DNA from: Hyphomicrobiaceae bacterium | GTDB taxonomy: Bacteria > Pseudomonadota > Alphaproteobacteria > Rhizobiales > Hyphomicrobiaceae | Assembly (NCBI GenBank): GCA_020442185.1 | Contig: JAGRKS010000010.1 | Coordinates: 16,454-80,453, forward strand | DNA: 64,000 nt | Direction: 5' to 3' | In this document: piece after piece, positions 19,654 through 30,190 of the stretch | Layout: the number at the start of each line of letters is the position of its first letter | Position numbering within the stretch: the stretch's first letter is position 1 | Program-made: the position numbers and the translations under genes | Notes under the pieces: model-generated | Told to the model about the DNA's origin: nothing | Databases searched by the model: none | What the model saw: the letters and a program-made list of their open reading frames with translations, nothing else

Positions 19654-19917
19654 ACAAAGCTCCTGTGGCGCTGCAAAACAGCCGATGCGTTGTCGCGTCT
19701 GTTCTAATCAATGCCGAAATTGGTTTAGAGGCATCAGCCAAATTGGCGAGCCTAATGCAAAGGAGGTAGGCATTTCGCCCATTATTCTTCTCGCGTCGTC
19801 AGTGTGCATGCCCGGGTTGGCTCTTGCTGTTGACGAAGTCGGTATTGCAGTGCGGTTGCGCGTCGGCTTTCGTGGCTTGAGCACGGATGGATACCGGATC
19901 AAGCCTGCGAGGATGCG
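19654..19917. promoter_or_regulatory. Divergent promoter region between the Wzx/C-T-TE operon and the A-T/megasynthase operon
   Basis: A 264-nt non-coding gap between two divergently oriented long operons. It is relatively AT-rich for this window. No specific -35/-10 boxes or operator could be assigned by eye. Confidence 0.4.
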
Positions 19918-21849
19918 ATGGTTTCAACTGAGGGTGCGACACGGGCGTGTCAGCCGGAGATCTGCGCGAGCTATCCGCGCGATTCTTGCGTCCACGAGGT
20001 GTTTACAGCGGTGGCTGCCGGGCGGCCCGGGGCCGTCGCCCTGATCGAAGGCGATCGGGAACTCACGTACGGCGACGTCGATGCGCGGACGAACCAGATC
20101 GCGCGCCGCATGCAGCAGCTGGGCGTCGTCCCCGGTTCTGTGGTCGGCTTTCTCAGCGTCCGCTGCATCGACACGCTGCTCGGCTGGCTGGCGGCGTTGA
20201 AATGCGGCGCGATCTACATGCCACTCGATCCATCTTATCCGATACAGGCGCTGGAGCACCCGATCGGCGAAGCGAACCCCGTCGTGATCTTCGCCCAACG
20301 CAGCCACTTCGACATCCAACAAACCATTCTCGGTCGGCAAGCCCACGATCTCGAGCACGAATGGTCCGAGGCCGAACACCTGTCCGATGCGCCGCTGCCA
20401 GAAATCGGGGCGGCGACCGACGCCGCATATGTCATGTACACGTCCGGCTCGACCGGCAGGCCCAAGGGTGTCCTCGTCACCCATCGCGGCATCTTGCGCC
20501 TCAATGTGGGCCAGGAATTGCTCACTCTCGATGCCGCCGACTGCACTCTATTCGCAGCGTCTTTGACCTTCGACGTCTGCACGCGCGATGTGTGGGGCGC
20601 GTTGCTCAACGGCGGCCGTCTCGCCATCGTTTCGGGCACGCGCGTCTCCGTTCACGAGTTGGCCGATGCCATCGTCAGCTACGACGTGACGGTCTTCAAT
20701 ACGACGGCCGCACTGTTTCATCTGCTCGTCGAGCATTCCCTCGAGACTCTGGGCCGGCTCAGGGTGTTGATCGTCGGCGGCGATGTGATGTCGGTTCCGC
20801 GGGCATTGGAAGCCGTGCGCGCGCACCCGACCCTCAACTTGTACAACGCCTATGGGCCGACGGAAAATGCCACCATTTCGACCTGGTTTCGAGTTCCCGC
20901 GGAGGGCTGGGGTGACGGCCCCGTGCCGATCGGGCGTGCTTTGTCCAACAGCTCCGCTTATGTCCTGGATGACCAGCGTCGTCCCGTGGCTGCCGGTGAA
21001 GCGGGTACGCTCTGGGTTGGCGGCGATGGGGTTGCGCTCGGCTATCTGAAACGACCCGATTTGACGTGTGAACGCTTCTGCATCGATCCGTTCAGAGCGG
21101 AGGTCGATGCCCGCATGTACAACACCGGTGATCTCGCCAGATTGCGCGCGGACGGCAACATCGAATTCATCGGCCGGCAGGACCGCCAAGTGAAGATCGC
21201 GGGCAAGCGGATCGAACTCGACGAGATCGAGCACGTGATCCGGCAGAACACCGACGTCGCGGATGCCGCGGTCGTCCTGCAGCATCGCGGCGGCGACGAC
21301 AAGCGCATCATAGCCTTTGCGGCAGCCGTATCGACTGCCGCCAGATTGCGGCTGACACAAGCGCTCGCACTGCAGCTTCGCGAGACCCTGCCGGAGCACA
21401 TGATACCGGCGGCATTGCACATCCTCGACGAGCTCCCGATCACCACCAACGGCAAGATCGATCGCGCAGCCCTCATCGCGCGTGCGGTTGTCGACGTGCC
21501 GGCGCAGCGCGTGGTCGACGACCCGCACGAAGACATCGAGAGCCGCCTGATCGCGATCTGGAAGGCTGCATTGAAGATCGAGCGAGTGGGCAGGACGGAC
21601 AACTTCTTCGATCTGGGCGGCAGGTCGTTGCAGATTCTCGAGGTGCACGCCGAGCTGCGTCGGACAATTGCACCGGACATCGCGGTCATCGAATTGTTCC
21701 GTCGCCCGACAATCGCAAATCTTGCGGCCTACCTGAAATCTGGCGGGGCGTCCGACACGGAAGCGATGACAGCCGCAAAAGATCGTGCCGCTCAACAGAA
21801 ACGCGCGCTTGCGAGGGCGCGCTCACAGCGAACGAAGACAGCAAGATGA
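19918..21849 (+). CDS. NRPS loading didomain protein (adenylation + thiolation)
   Basis: 643 aa with GAGGA upstream of ATG 19918. A-domain cores: LTYGDVDARTNQIA, YVMYTSGSTGRPKG, NAYGPTE, YNTGDLARLRADGNIEFIGRQDRQVKIAGKRIELDEIE, NGKIDRAAL. T domain: FFDLGGRSL (Ser570 codon 21625-21627). Its stop overlaps the next start (ATGA at 21846-21849). Confidence 0.92.
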   Translation: MVSTEGATRACQPEICASYPRDSCVHEVFTAVAAGRPGAVALIEGDRELTYGDVDARTNQIARRMQQLGVVPGSVVGFLSVRCIDTLLGWLAALKCGAIYMPLDPSYPIQALEHPIGEANPVVIFAQRSHFDIQQTILGRQAHDLEHEWSEAEHLSDAPLPEIGAATDAAYVMYTSGSTGRPKGVLVTHRGILRLNVGQELLTLDAADCTLFAASLTFDVCTRDVWGALLNGGRLAIVSGTRVSVHELADAIVSYDVTVFNTTAALFHLLVEHSLETLGRLRVLIVGGDVMSVPRALEAVRAHPTLNLYNAYGPTENATISTWFRVPAEGWGDGPVPIGRALSNSSAYVLDDQRRPVAAGEAGTLWVGGDGVALGYLKRPDLTCERFCIDPFRAEVDARMYNTGDLARLRADGNIEFIGRQDRQVKIAGKRIELDEIEHVIRQNTDVADAAVVLQHRGGDDKRIIAFAAAVSTAARLRLTQALALQLRETLPEHMIPAALHILDELPITTNGKIDRAALIARAVVDVPAQRVVDDPHEDIESRLIAIWKAALKIERVGRTDNFFDLGGRSLQILEVHAELRRTIAPDIAVIELFRRPTIANLAAYLKSGGASDTEAMTAAKDRAAQQKRALARARSQRTKTAR

Positions 21850-24800
21850 CAAACGTCGAAGCGGATGACGATGAATTCGGGCGTGAACAGTCCGATCCAT
21901 CAATGCAAGGGGCCATTGCGATCGTCGGTGTCGCGGGGCGCTTCCCCAAGGCGAAGACGATTGGCCAATTCTGGCAGAACCTCGTCGAGGGCCGAGACTG
22001 TGTCACCCACTTCGCGGCGCACGAGCTCGAGGATTGCTTCGACGATGAAACGCGCTGTTCTGACGCGTTCGTAAAAGCGCGCCCCATCGTTGACGACGTC
22101 GAGCTGTTCGACGCCGAGTTCTTCGGCATGTTCTCGCGGGAAGCGGCGCTGACCGATCCGCAGCACCGGTTGTTTCTCGAATGCGCCTGGGAAGTGCTCG
22201 AGAGCGCGGGCTATGATCCTGCTGCCTATCCCGGCGCGATCGGTGTTTTTGCTGGCTGTAGCTTGAGCACGTATCTTCTCAACCACGTCTGCACGGATCG
22301 ATCGGTTGTCGAGCGGATCGCGTCGGACTACCAGCTCGGCAGCTTTCCGATCCTGATCGGCAGTATCCAAGATGTGCTGGCGACGCGCGTCGCATACAAA
22401 CTCGATCTTCGCGGACCGGCCGTCACGCTCGGTTCGGCGTGTTCGACGTCGGCCGTCGCGATCGTCCAGGCCTGCCAGAGCCTCATGCTGTACCAGGCCG
22501 ACATGGCGATCGCGGGCGGCGTGTCGGTCTCGTTCCCGCAGAAGCGGGGCTACATGTATCTCGAAGGTGGCATGGGAGCCGAAGGCGGTGTGTGCCGCCC
22601 ATTCGATGCCAACGCACGTGGCACGATATTCGGCAGCGGTTGTGGTGCGGTGCTGCTGAAGCGGCTCGAGGATGCGATTGCCGATCGCGATCATATCTAT
22701 GCGGTGGTGCGCGGGTTCGGCATCAACAACGACGGCGGCAACAAGGTGGGCTTCACGGCACCGAGCGTCGATGGACAATCCGCCTGCATCGCCGCCGCGC
22801 ACGCCATGGCCGACATCGACGCCGGCACGATCGGCTATGTCGAGGGGCACGGAACCGCGACTCCGCTCGGCGATCCAATTGAATTCGCGGCACTGAAGCA
22901 GGCATTCCAGGGATCGACGGCAAGACGCGGATACTGTGCGATCGGCTCATCGAAGGCCAACATCGGCCACCTCGATGCGGCGGCAGGCGTCACGGGCCTG
23001 ATCAAGGCCGCTCTCTGCCTCGATAGCAAGATGATACCGCCGCTGGCGAATTTCGAAACGCCGAATCCGGCGCTCGATGTCGAGAACAGCCCCTTCTACT
23101 TTCCGAAATCGCTTCAGCCGTGGGAATGCAGAGAAAGTCCTCGGCGCGCTGGTGTGAGTTCGTTCGGTGTCGGCGGCACGAATGTGCATATCGTTCTCGA
23201 AGAGGCGCCGGCGCGCGCGATCGAAGTGCAAGACGATGCAATCGATAGGCCCCATGTGTTGCCGCTGGCGGCGCGCAGCGAAACCGCGCTGGCCGCGATG
23301 CGCACGGCACTCGCCGATCATATCACCGCGACGCCTGATGTGAGGCTTGCGGACATCGCCTTCACCCTTCAGTCGGGTCGCAAGCCATTCGCGTACCGCA
23401 GTGCCGTTGTGGCACGCTCAGCCGACGAGGCCGTTAGGCAGTTGCGCGCGGCACCCGCGATCACCGGGAATTCAGCGGATAACTTCGCGGACGGCGGTGC
23501 AGGGGCCGCATTCATGTTTCCCGGTCAGGGCGCGCAATATCCCGGCATGGGGCGGGCGCTCTACGAGAGCGAGCCGATCTTCCGCGATGTCGTCGATCAG
23601 GGAGATGAGATACTGCGGCCGGTGATCGGCGAGAGCATGGTCTCGTTGCTCTACGGCGAGACCCCGACAGATGATGAGGCACCACATCCGATTCGCTCGA
23701 CGATCCTCGCGCAGCCAGCGCTTTTCATAATCGAGCACGCCGTCGCGAGACTGTGGATGAGCTACGGCGTAACGCCGACGGCGATGATCGGGCACAGCGT
23801 CGGCGAGTTCGTTGCGGCGTGCCTCGCTGGCGTGTTCTCCTATGAAGATGGCTTGAAGTTGATTGCCGCGCGCGGACGACTGATGCAGTCGGCGCCCGGC
23901 GGTGCGATGCTTGCCGTCCGGGCTGACGAGGCGGCGGTGCGCGGACTTCTCTCCCAAGATTCCGAGATTGCCGCCATCAACGCGCCGAACCTCTGTGTCG
24001 TTGCTGGTCCTTTTGCAGCGATAGATGCGCTCGAGGCGCGGCTCGAATTGGCAGGTCTTATCGGCCGGCGGCTGCACACATCGCACGCATTCCACTCCGC
24101 TATGATGGACCCTGTCGTTCCGGCTCTTGCCGACGTCGTTGCCGGCATGCGGCTTAACGCACCGGAAATCCCCTACATCTCTTGTGTCAGCGGCACCTGG
24201 ATCACCGCGGCCCAGGCGACCGACCCCAGCTATTGGGCCGGGCACTGTCGCGCGACGGTTCGCTTCGCCGACGGAATCGCGGTGCTGCGCGAGAATGGCG
24301 ACGTTGCAATGATCGAGTGCGGCCCCGGCCGAACGCTTGCGACATTCGCGGCGCAATCGCCAGGCAAGGCGCCGAACGGTCGTCGTCGCGCGGTCATAAC
24401 GAGCATGCCCGAGTTCGCGGATGCGGAGAGATGCAGGGAGCATTTCCTGGAGGCGCTGGCGCGGTCGTGGTGCGATGGCAGCGCCATTTCCTGGTCGCGT
24501 CTTGAGGGCGCTGGCAGCCGTAGGGTGCCATTGCCGACGTATCCCTTTGAACGCTCGCGGCATTGGATCGATGCGCCGGCCTCGGCTTCGCGCAGCGGCA
24601 CGGGTGTGCCATCGGCGGCGATCCAGCAGGCAGCCGCGCCGGCGGTCGCAACGGGGGCGATGAACGCTGCCAGTCTCGGAAGTGATGCATGTTCGATGCC
24701 GACAGCGGCGGTCGCAACTGCGGTGGTCGCGACGACCACAGTCGATCAATCCGTTCAACAGGAAAACGACAACATGAGCGAACGTGAGCGCGCGTTGGGT

Positions 24801-27800
24801 CAGCAGGTTCTGAGGCTTCTGGAAAAGCTGTCGGGTGCATCGCTCGATAGCGCGGCACTCGATACCAGCTTCGTCGAGCTGGGCTTCGATTCCCTCTTCC
24901 TCGGCCAGCTTGCGACGGAAGTGAACAAGGCCTTCGGCGTCAAGATCGCGTTCCGCAAGCTGCTGCGCGAGTATCCATCGGCGACGGCACTGGCGGCGCA
25001 TCTTGCTGCGACGCTGCCCGCTTCGGCTGCGCCCCCGCCAATCGCCGCGGATGGCGGTGCCGCGCCCCTTGCACCAACCGCACCTGTTGCCCAGGCCGTC
25101 GCTGTCACAGCGACCGCGCCTGTCGCTGTGAACCCGAATGCGACGGCGACCGTGACGCTGCAGAAGGCGCCGCAGCCGATCGAGAGCGCGGTTCCCGGCG
25201 CGGCTTCGAGCAGTCTCATCGAAACCGTGCTGCGCGATCAGATGACTGCCATGCAACAGCTGATGTCGCGGCAACTCGACCTTCTGCAAGGCACCGACTT
25301 ACGCCAGAGCGCTGCTGTCGCGGCAACGCCACCCGCAGACGCCCGGCCTGTCGCGACGAACGTCGAAGCGGGCTCGCCGCATGCAACGACGTCGCCGGCG
25401 CCCGCGGTCCAAGTGATTTCCAGCGGCGATGCAGGCGGGGGAGCGGAACGGTCCCGCTTCGATGCCTACAAGCTCGTCAAGGGCGGCAAGGATACGCGCG
25501 GGACGACGCCGGCGCAGGAGAAATTCATCAGCAGTCTCATTCAGCGCTACAACGCACGGACCGCGTCGTCGAAGAGCTTCACGCAGCAGCATCGCAAGGT
25601 GCTGGCTGATCCGCGCACAGCCAATGGCTTCCGCTCCGAGTGGAAGGAGATGGTGTATCCACTTGTCTGTCCGCGATCGAAAGGCTCGAAGATCTGGGAC
25701 CTCGATGGGAACGAATACGTCGATCTCGTCAACGGCTACGGTCCGATCGCCTTCGGGCACGCACCGGAGTTCGTAACCAAGGTCGTCGCGGAACAGCTCG
25801 AGAAGGGATTCGCGATCGGTCCGCAAAGTCCGCTTGCGGGCGAGGTTGCCGACCTCTTCGTCGAGATGACGGGCAATGAGCGCGTCACGTTCTGCAATAC
25901 GGGTTCGGAAGCCGTGATGGCCGCGATGCGTCTGTCCCGCGCTGTGACTGGGCGCTCGCGCATCGTCACTTTTGCGGGGGCCTATCACGGCCAGTTCGAC
26001 GAAGTGATCGTCAAGGGTAATCCGAAGGGCCGCGCGCCGGGTGCCAACCCGGCGGCCTCGGGCATTCCGCCCGAACTTGTCTCCAACATAATCGTGCTGC
26101 CTTACGGCACGCCCGAAAGCCTCGAATTCATCCGCGCGCACGCAGGCGACCTCGCCGCCGTATTGGTCGAGACGGTGCAAAGTCGGCGACCCGGCTTCCT
26201 GCCCGAGGCGTTCCTTCGCGAACTCAGGGAGATCACCGCCACGTCGGGTGCCGCTCTGATCTTCGACGAGGTCGTGACGGGCTTCCGCGTGCATCCAGGT
26301 GGCATGCAGAGCTATCTCGGCATCCGCGCTGATCTCGCGACCTACGGCAAAGTGGTTGGCGGCGGCCTTCCGGTCGGCGCACTCGCGGGCAAGGCCGAAT
26401 TCATGGATGCGCTCGACGGCGGCCATTGGCAATACGGCGATGATACGGTGCCCGAGGTTGCGCCGACATTCTTCGCTGGCACATTCGTGCGGCATCCGCT
26501 CGTTCTGGTTGCGATGAAAGCGGTGCTCGAACATCTCAAGGCCGAAGGACCGGCGCTTCAGGAACGATTGGCCGAGCGCACGCGCGGCCTCGTCGGCGAT
26601 ATCCGCGCGGCCTTCGCGCGGCGTGGCATCAACGCAAGCATCGAAACGTTCAGCAGCTATTTCCATATCGACCTTTCAGGCTGCGGCCCGCTTGCGGCGC
26701 TGTTTTATCCGCTCATGCGGCTCAACGGCATTCATATGCAGGAAGGTTTCCTCGGATTCCTGACGACAGCGCACAGCGATGCGGATCTGGCGCTTATCGT
26801 CAGAGCTGTCGAGCGCAGTCTCGACGAACTGGTCGCGGCGGGGATCCTCGGCGCCGGTGATGTGGGTGCAGTGGCTTTGGCGGCACCCGCAACCACAACG
26901 AAACCGAAACCGGCAATGGAACCGGCACCGGCCGCGGCTGCGCTTGCGGCCACGGCCTGCGACGAGTGCGATGCAGCGCTGCCAGTCGAGCAGGTGGTGC
27001 CGCTGACGGAGGTGCAGCGTGAGATCTGGATGGCGGCGCAGATGGGCGATAGGGCGTCGTGCGCGTTCAACGAATCGGCGAGTCTCCGGCTCGAGGGCGC
27101 CGTGGACGTCGACGTGCTCATCGAAGCCGTCAATGATGTGGTCGGTCGGCATGACGCGCTGCGCGCCAGCTTCGGCGCGACCGGCGAGCGCATGCGTGTC
27201 GCCTCGGCCGTGCGTCTCGACGTCGCGCTCGTGGATTTCTCCCGCGCGCCTGATCCGCAAGCAGACTTCGCGGCGCTGATCGCAGCGGATGCCGCAACGC
27301 CGTTCGATCTCGCGAATGGCCCGTGTGCGCGTGCGATTGTCGTCAAGGTGTCCGAGACGCAGAGCATTCTCGTCTTCACGGCACACCACATCGTCTGCGA
27401 CGGCTGGTCCATGAACATCATCATGAGCGAGCTTTCGTCATTCTACGATGCGCGCAAACGTGGTTCGACGGCAGCCCTTGCGCCGGCACTGTCCTATTGC
27501 CGCTACGCGCGCGATGAGGCTGCGAAGGGTGGTGCCGACGCGGATGTCGAAGCCTTCTGGCTCGAGCAATACAAGACGGTTCCTGCGTGGCCGGAACTGC
27601 CGAGCGACAGGCCGAGACCAGAGCGGCGCACCTACGGTGGGGCGACGTACTGCGATCAGATCGACCGGGATCTCTATCGGCAGGTCAAGCAGGCCGGCGC
27701 GCGGGAAGGCTGCACGCTGTTCGTCACGCTGTTCGCGGCGTTCCAGGTCTTGATAGGGCGGCTAGCACAACACGACGACGTCGTTGTCGCCGTGCCCATG

Positions 27801-30185
27801 GCCGGGCAAAGCCTCGTCGACGACGGGGATACCCTGGTCGGGCATTGCGTGAACTTCCTTCCGCTCCGTGTACCATTCGCCTTCGACACCGCGTTCTCCC
27901 GGCATCTCAAGTCCGTGAACGAGCATGCGCAGGAGGCCTTCGACCGGCAGGACTATACACTCGGAACGCTCGTGCGCCGCCTGGCGCTGCCGCGTGACAT
28001 GAACCGGCTGCCATTGACCGAGCTGCAGTTCAATCTCGAGAAGATCGGCGGCAACCTCGAATTCGCCGACCTCGAAGCGTCCATCGGTGCCAACCCGAAA
28101 TCGTTCTCGAACTTCGACATCTTTTTCAACGTCATCGAGAGCGCTGTTGGCCTGCGCATCGAGTGTGACTACAACACCGACATTCTCGATCGCGACACCA
28201 TTGCACGCTGGGTATCGCACTATTGCAATCTGCTGCGCGAAGTTGTCGCGAACGCGGACCAGCCGATTGGTGCGATCCCGCTGCTCAGCGAGCAAGAACG
28301 CACCTGGTTGATTGATGATCTCAACAAGACAGCCTGTGTCTTTCCGGTAGGAGCAACCGCGCACCGCCTCATCAGCGACCAGGCGAAACGTGTGCCAGCG
28401 AACATCGCCGTTCAGTACGCAGACGCCACCATGACCTATGCCGAGCTCGAGGACGCCGCCAATCGCATGAGCCGCCATCTTTCGCGGCTGCTGCCGGCGC
28501 CCGGATCTCGCGTCGCGGTCGCACTCGATCGATCTCCCGACATGCTGGTGACGCTGCTTGCCATCATGAAATCGGGACACGCCTACGTGCCGCTCGATCC
28601 CGATCATCCCGAAGAGCGACTGCGTCTCGTGCTCGAAACCGCGAGGCCGGCGGCGCTCGTTTGCAACCGTCCTGCGATCGCGGATCTCGCCCCATCGGGC
28701 TGCGCCCTCGTCCACATCGATCGGGATCGTGGGGCAATCGCCGCCGAGGCGAGCATGCCACCGGCGTGTGCCGATGCATCGCCGGCAGATCCCGCGTACG
28801 TGATCTTCACGTCTGGGTCCACCGGCACCCCGAAGGGTGTCGAGGTGCCGCACCGCGCACTGACGAACTTCCTGCTGTCCATGCAGGCGTCGCCCGGCTT
28901 CAGTGCCGAAGATACGATCGTTGCGGTGACGACCGTGTCGTTCGACATCGCTGTTCTCGAGCTGTTGCTGCCGCTTGTCGCCGGCGGCCGCGTCGTTATT
29001 GCAAGCCGGGATGATGTGAAAGGTGGCTTCGGTCTGGTCGACCTGATCGCCTCGAGCGGCGCGACGATGCTGCAGGCAACGCCGTCGCTGTGGCGGATAC
29101 TGCTCGAGGCCGGCTTCAGGCCGCGCAGCGGATTGAAGATGCTTTGCGGTGGCGAACCACTGCCGCGTGATCTGGCGGATGCGCTCGTCGCGACCGGCGG
29201 GGAACTCTGGAACATGTATGGCCCGACGGAGACGACGGTATGGTCGAGTATGGCGAAAGTCGGGACTGGCCCCATCGTGATCGGTGAGCCGATCGCCAAT
29301 ACGCAGCTGCATATTCTCGATCAACGGGACCAGGTGCAGCCGATCGGCATACCTGGACAGCTGCACATCGGCGGCAATGGACTGGCGAACGGCTACTTCG
29401 ATAGGCCCGATCTGACGCAGAACGCATTCGTCGAGATCGCTCTCGCGAGGCGTGGCACGTCACGGCTTTATCGTACCGGCGATCTTGCCGTCCGGCGTGC
29501 CGATGGATCGATCGATTTGCTCGGACGCATCGACCAGCAAGTCAAATTGCGCGGCTTCCGCATCGAACTGGGCGAGATCGAGGCGGCCATCAGGGCGGTT
29601 CCTGGAGTGACCGACGCGGCCGTGGCCTTGCGCTCAGTGGCTGGCAAGGACCCGCGTCTCGTCGGCTACTATGTGCTCGCGGAAAATTCGCGGCTGGCGA
29701 CGTCGGATCTCTCCGAACGATTGACGCATGCCCTTCCCGACTACATGGTGCCGACGGCATGGAAGCAACTCGATCGATTGCCGATGACGCCAAACGGCAA
29801 ACTCGATCGCAAGGCGCTTCCCGATGTCGAGCAAGCTGGTGTCATCGTTCGTGACGTGCCGCAGTCCCTGCCGTCGACGCCGACCGAGATTGCGCTCGCG
29901 GCGATCTGGCAGGATGTGCTCGGGCTCGAGAGCATCGGTGTTCACGATGGCTTGTTCTCGCTCGGCGCGGATTCCCTACAGGTGTTCCGCATCGCCGCGC
30001 GGTTTGGTGAGTGTGGCATCAAGCTGCAAGCGAAGCATCTGCTGGAGCATCCGACAATCGCCGAGCTTGCAGCATTTGCCGACGCGCAAGTTGGTGGTGA
30101 TGCAGCGGTAGGTGGCAAAGTTGCATCTCTGCGCGAGTTCCGCCACGGCGCCAGGCGGCGCGGGCTCATTGGCGGGGCAGCGTGA
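21846..30185 (+). CDS. Hybrid PKS-NRPS megasynthase, KS-AT-ACP-AMT(PLP aminotransferase)-C-A-T
   Basis: 2779 aa.
- KS about 21903-23190: GSACSTS Cys199 at 22440, EGHGTATPLGD, KANIGHL.
- AT about 23511-24430: GHSVG Ser651 at 23796, HAFH at 24084-24095.
- ACP about 24800-25020: LGFDSL Ser1016 at 24891.
- An Ala/Pro-rich linker follows.
- Class-III aminotransferase about 25490-26830: YGK Lys1502 at 26349.
- C about 26990-28300: HHIVCDG at 27384.
- A about 28350-29830: YVIFTSGSTGTPKG, NMYGPTE, YRTGDLAVRRADGSIDLLGRIDQQVKLRGFRIELGEIE, PNGKLDRKAL.
- T about 29885-30095: LGADSL Ser2710 at 29973.
- No terminal TE or R domain. Confidence 0.95.
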   Translation: MTNVEADDDEFGREQSDPSMQGAIAIVGVAGRFPKAKTIGQFWQNLVEGRDCVTHFAAHELEDCFDDETRCSDAFVKARPIVDDVELFDAEFFGMFSREAALTDPQHRLFLECAWEVLESAGYDPAAYPGAIGVFAGCSLSTYLLNHVCTDRSVVERIASDYQLGSFPILIGSIQDVLATRVAYKLDLRGPAVTLGSACSTSAVAIVQACQSLMLYQADMAIAGGVSVSFPQKRGYMYLEGGMGAEGGVCRPFDANARGTIFGSGCGAVLLKRLEDAIADRDHIYAVVRGFGINNDGGNKVGFTAPSVDGQSACIAAAHAMADIDAGTIGYVEGHGTATPLGDPIEFAALKQAFQGSTARRGYCAIGSSKANIGHLDAAAGVTGLIKAALCLDSKMIPPLANFETPNPALDVENSPFYFPKSLQPWECRESPRRAGVSSFGVGGTNVHIVLEEAPARAIEVQDDAIDRPHVLPLAARSETALAAMRTALADHITATPDVRLADIAFTLQSGRKPFAYRSAVVARSADEAVRQLRAAPAITGNSADNFADGGAGAAFMFPGQGAQYPGMGRALYESEPIFRDVVDQGDEILRPVIGESMVSLLYGETPTDDEAPHPIRSTILAQPALFIIEHAVARLWMSYGVTPTAMIGHSVGEFVAACLAGVFSYEDGLKLIAARGRLMQSAPGGAMLAVRADEAAVRGLLSQDSEIAAINAPNLCVVAGPFAAIDALEARLELAGLIGRRLHTSHAFHSAMMDPVVPALADVVAGMRLNAPEIPYISCVSGTWITAAQATDPSYWAGHCRATVRFADGIAVLRENGDVAMIECGPGRTLATFAAQSPGKAPNGRRRAVITSMPEFADAERCREHFLEALARSWCDGSAISWSRLEGAGSRRVPLPTYPFERSRHWIDAPASASRSGTGVPSAAIQQAAAPAVATGAMNAASLGSDACSMPTAAVATAVVATTTVDQSVQQENDNMSERERALGQQVLRLLEKLSGASLDSAALDTSFVELGFDSLFLGQLATEVNKAFGVKIAFRKLLREYPSATALAAHLAATLPASAAPPPIAADGGAAPLAPTAPVAQAVAVTATAPVAVNPNATATVTLQKAPQPIESAVPGAASSSLIETVLRDQMTAMQQLMSRQLDLLQGTDLRQSAAVAATPPADARPVATNVEAGSPHATTSPAPAVQVISSGDAGGGAERSRFDAYKLVKGGKDTRGTTPAQEKFISSLIQRYNARTASSKSFTQQHRKVLADPRTANGFRSEWKEMVYPLVCPRSKGSKIWDLDGNEYVDLVNGYGPIAFGHAPEFVTKVVAEQLEKGFAIGPQSPLAGEVADLFVEMTGNERVTFCNTGSEAVMAAMRLSRAVTGRSRIVTFAGAYHGQFDEVIVKGNPKGRAPGANPAASGIPPELVSNIIVLPYGTPESLEFIRAHAGDLAAVLVETVQSRRPGFLPEAFLRELREITATSGAALIFDEVVTGFRVHPGGMQSYLGIRADLATYGKVVGGGLPVGALAGKAEFMDALDGGHWQYGDDTVPEVAPTFFAGTFVRHPLVLVAMKAVLEHLKAEGPALQERLAERTRGLVGDIRAAFARRGINASIETFSSYFHIDLSGCGPLAALFYPLMRLNGIHMQEGFLGFLTTAHSDADLALIVRAVERSLDELVAAGILGAGDVGAVALAAPATTTKPKPAMEPAPAAAALAATACDECDAALPVEQVVPLTEVQREIWMAAQMGDRASCAFNESASLRLEGAVDVDVLIEAVNDVVGRHDALRASFGATGERMRVASAVRLDVALVDFSRAPDPQADFAALIAADAATPFDLANGPCARAIVVKVSETQSILVFTAHHIVCDGWSMNIIMSELSSFYDARKRGSTAALAPALSYCRYARDEAAKGGADADVEAFWLEQYKTVPAWPELPSDRPRPERRTYGGATYCDQIDRDLYRQVKQAGAREGCTLFVTLFAAFQVLIGRLAQHDDVVVAVPMAGQSLVDDGDTLVGHCVNFLPLRVPFAFDTAFSRHLKSVNEHAQEAFDRQDYTLGTLVRRLALPRDMNRLPLTELQFNLEKIGGNLEFADLEASIGANPKSFSNFDIFFNVIESAVGLRIECDYNTDILDRDTIARWVSHYCNLLREVVANADQPIGAIPLLSEQERTWLIDDLNKTACVFPVGATAHRLISDQAKRVPANIAVQYADATMTYAELEDAANRMSRHLSRLLPAPGSRVAVALDRSPDMLVTLLAIMKSGHAYVPLDPDHPEERLRLVLETARPAALVCNRPAIADLAPSGCALVHIDRDRGAIAAEASMPPACADASPADPAYVIFTSGSTGTPKGVEVPHRALTNFLLSMQASPGFSAEDTIVAVTTVSFDIAVLELLLPLVAGGRVVIASRDDVKGGFGLVDLIASSGATMLQATPSLWRILLEAGFRPRSGLKMLCGGEPLPRDLADALVATGGELWNMYGPTETTVWSSMAKVGTGPIVIGEPIANTQLHILDQRDQVQPIGIPGQLHIGGNGLANGYFDRPDLTQNAFVEIALARRGTSRLYRTGDLAVRRADGSIDLLGRIDQQVKLRGFRIELGEIEAAIRAVPGVTDAAVALRSVAGKDPRLVGYYVLAENSRLATSDLSERLTHALPDYMVPTAWKQLDRLPMTPNGKLDRKALPDVEQAGVIVRDVPQSLPSTPTEIALAAIWQDVLGLESIGVHDGLFSLGADSLQVFRIAARFGECGIKLQAKHLLEHPTIAELAAFADAQVGGDAAVGGKVASLREFRHGARRRGLIGGAA

Positions 30186-30190
30186 ACCCC

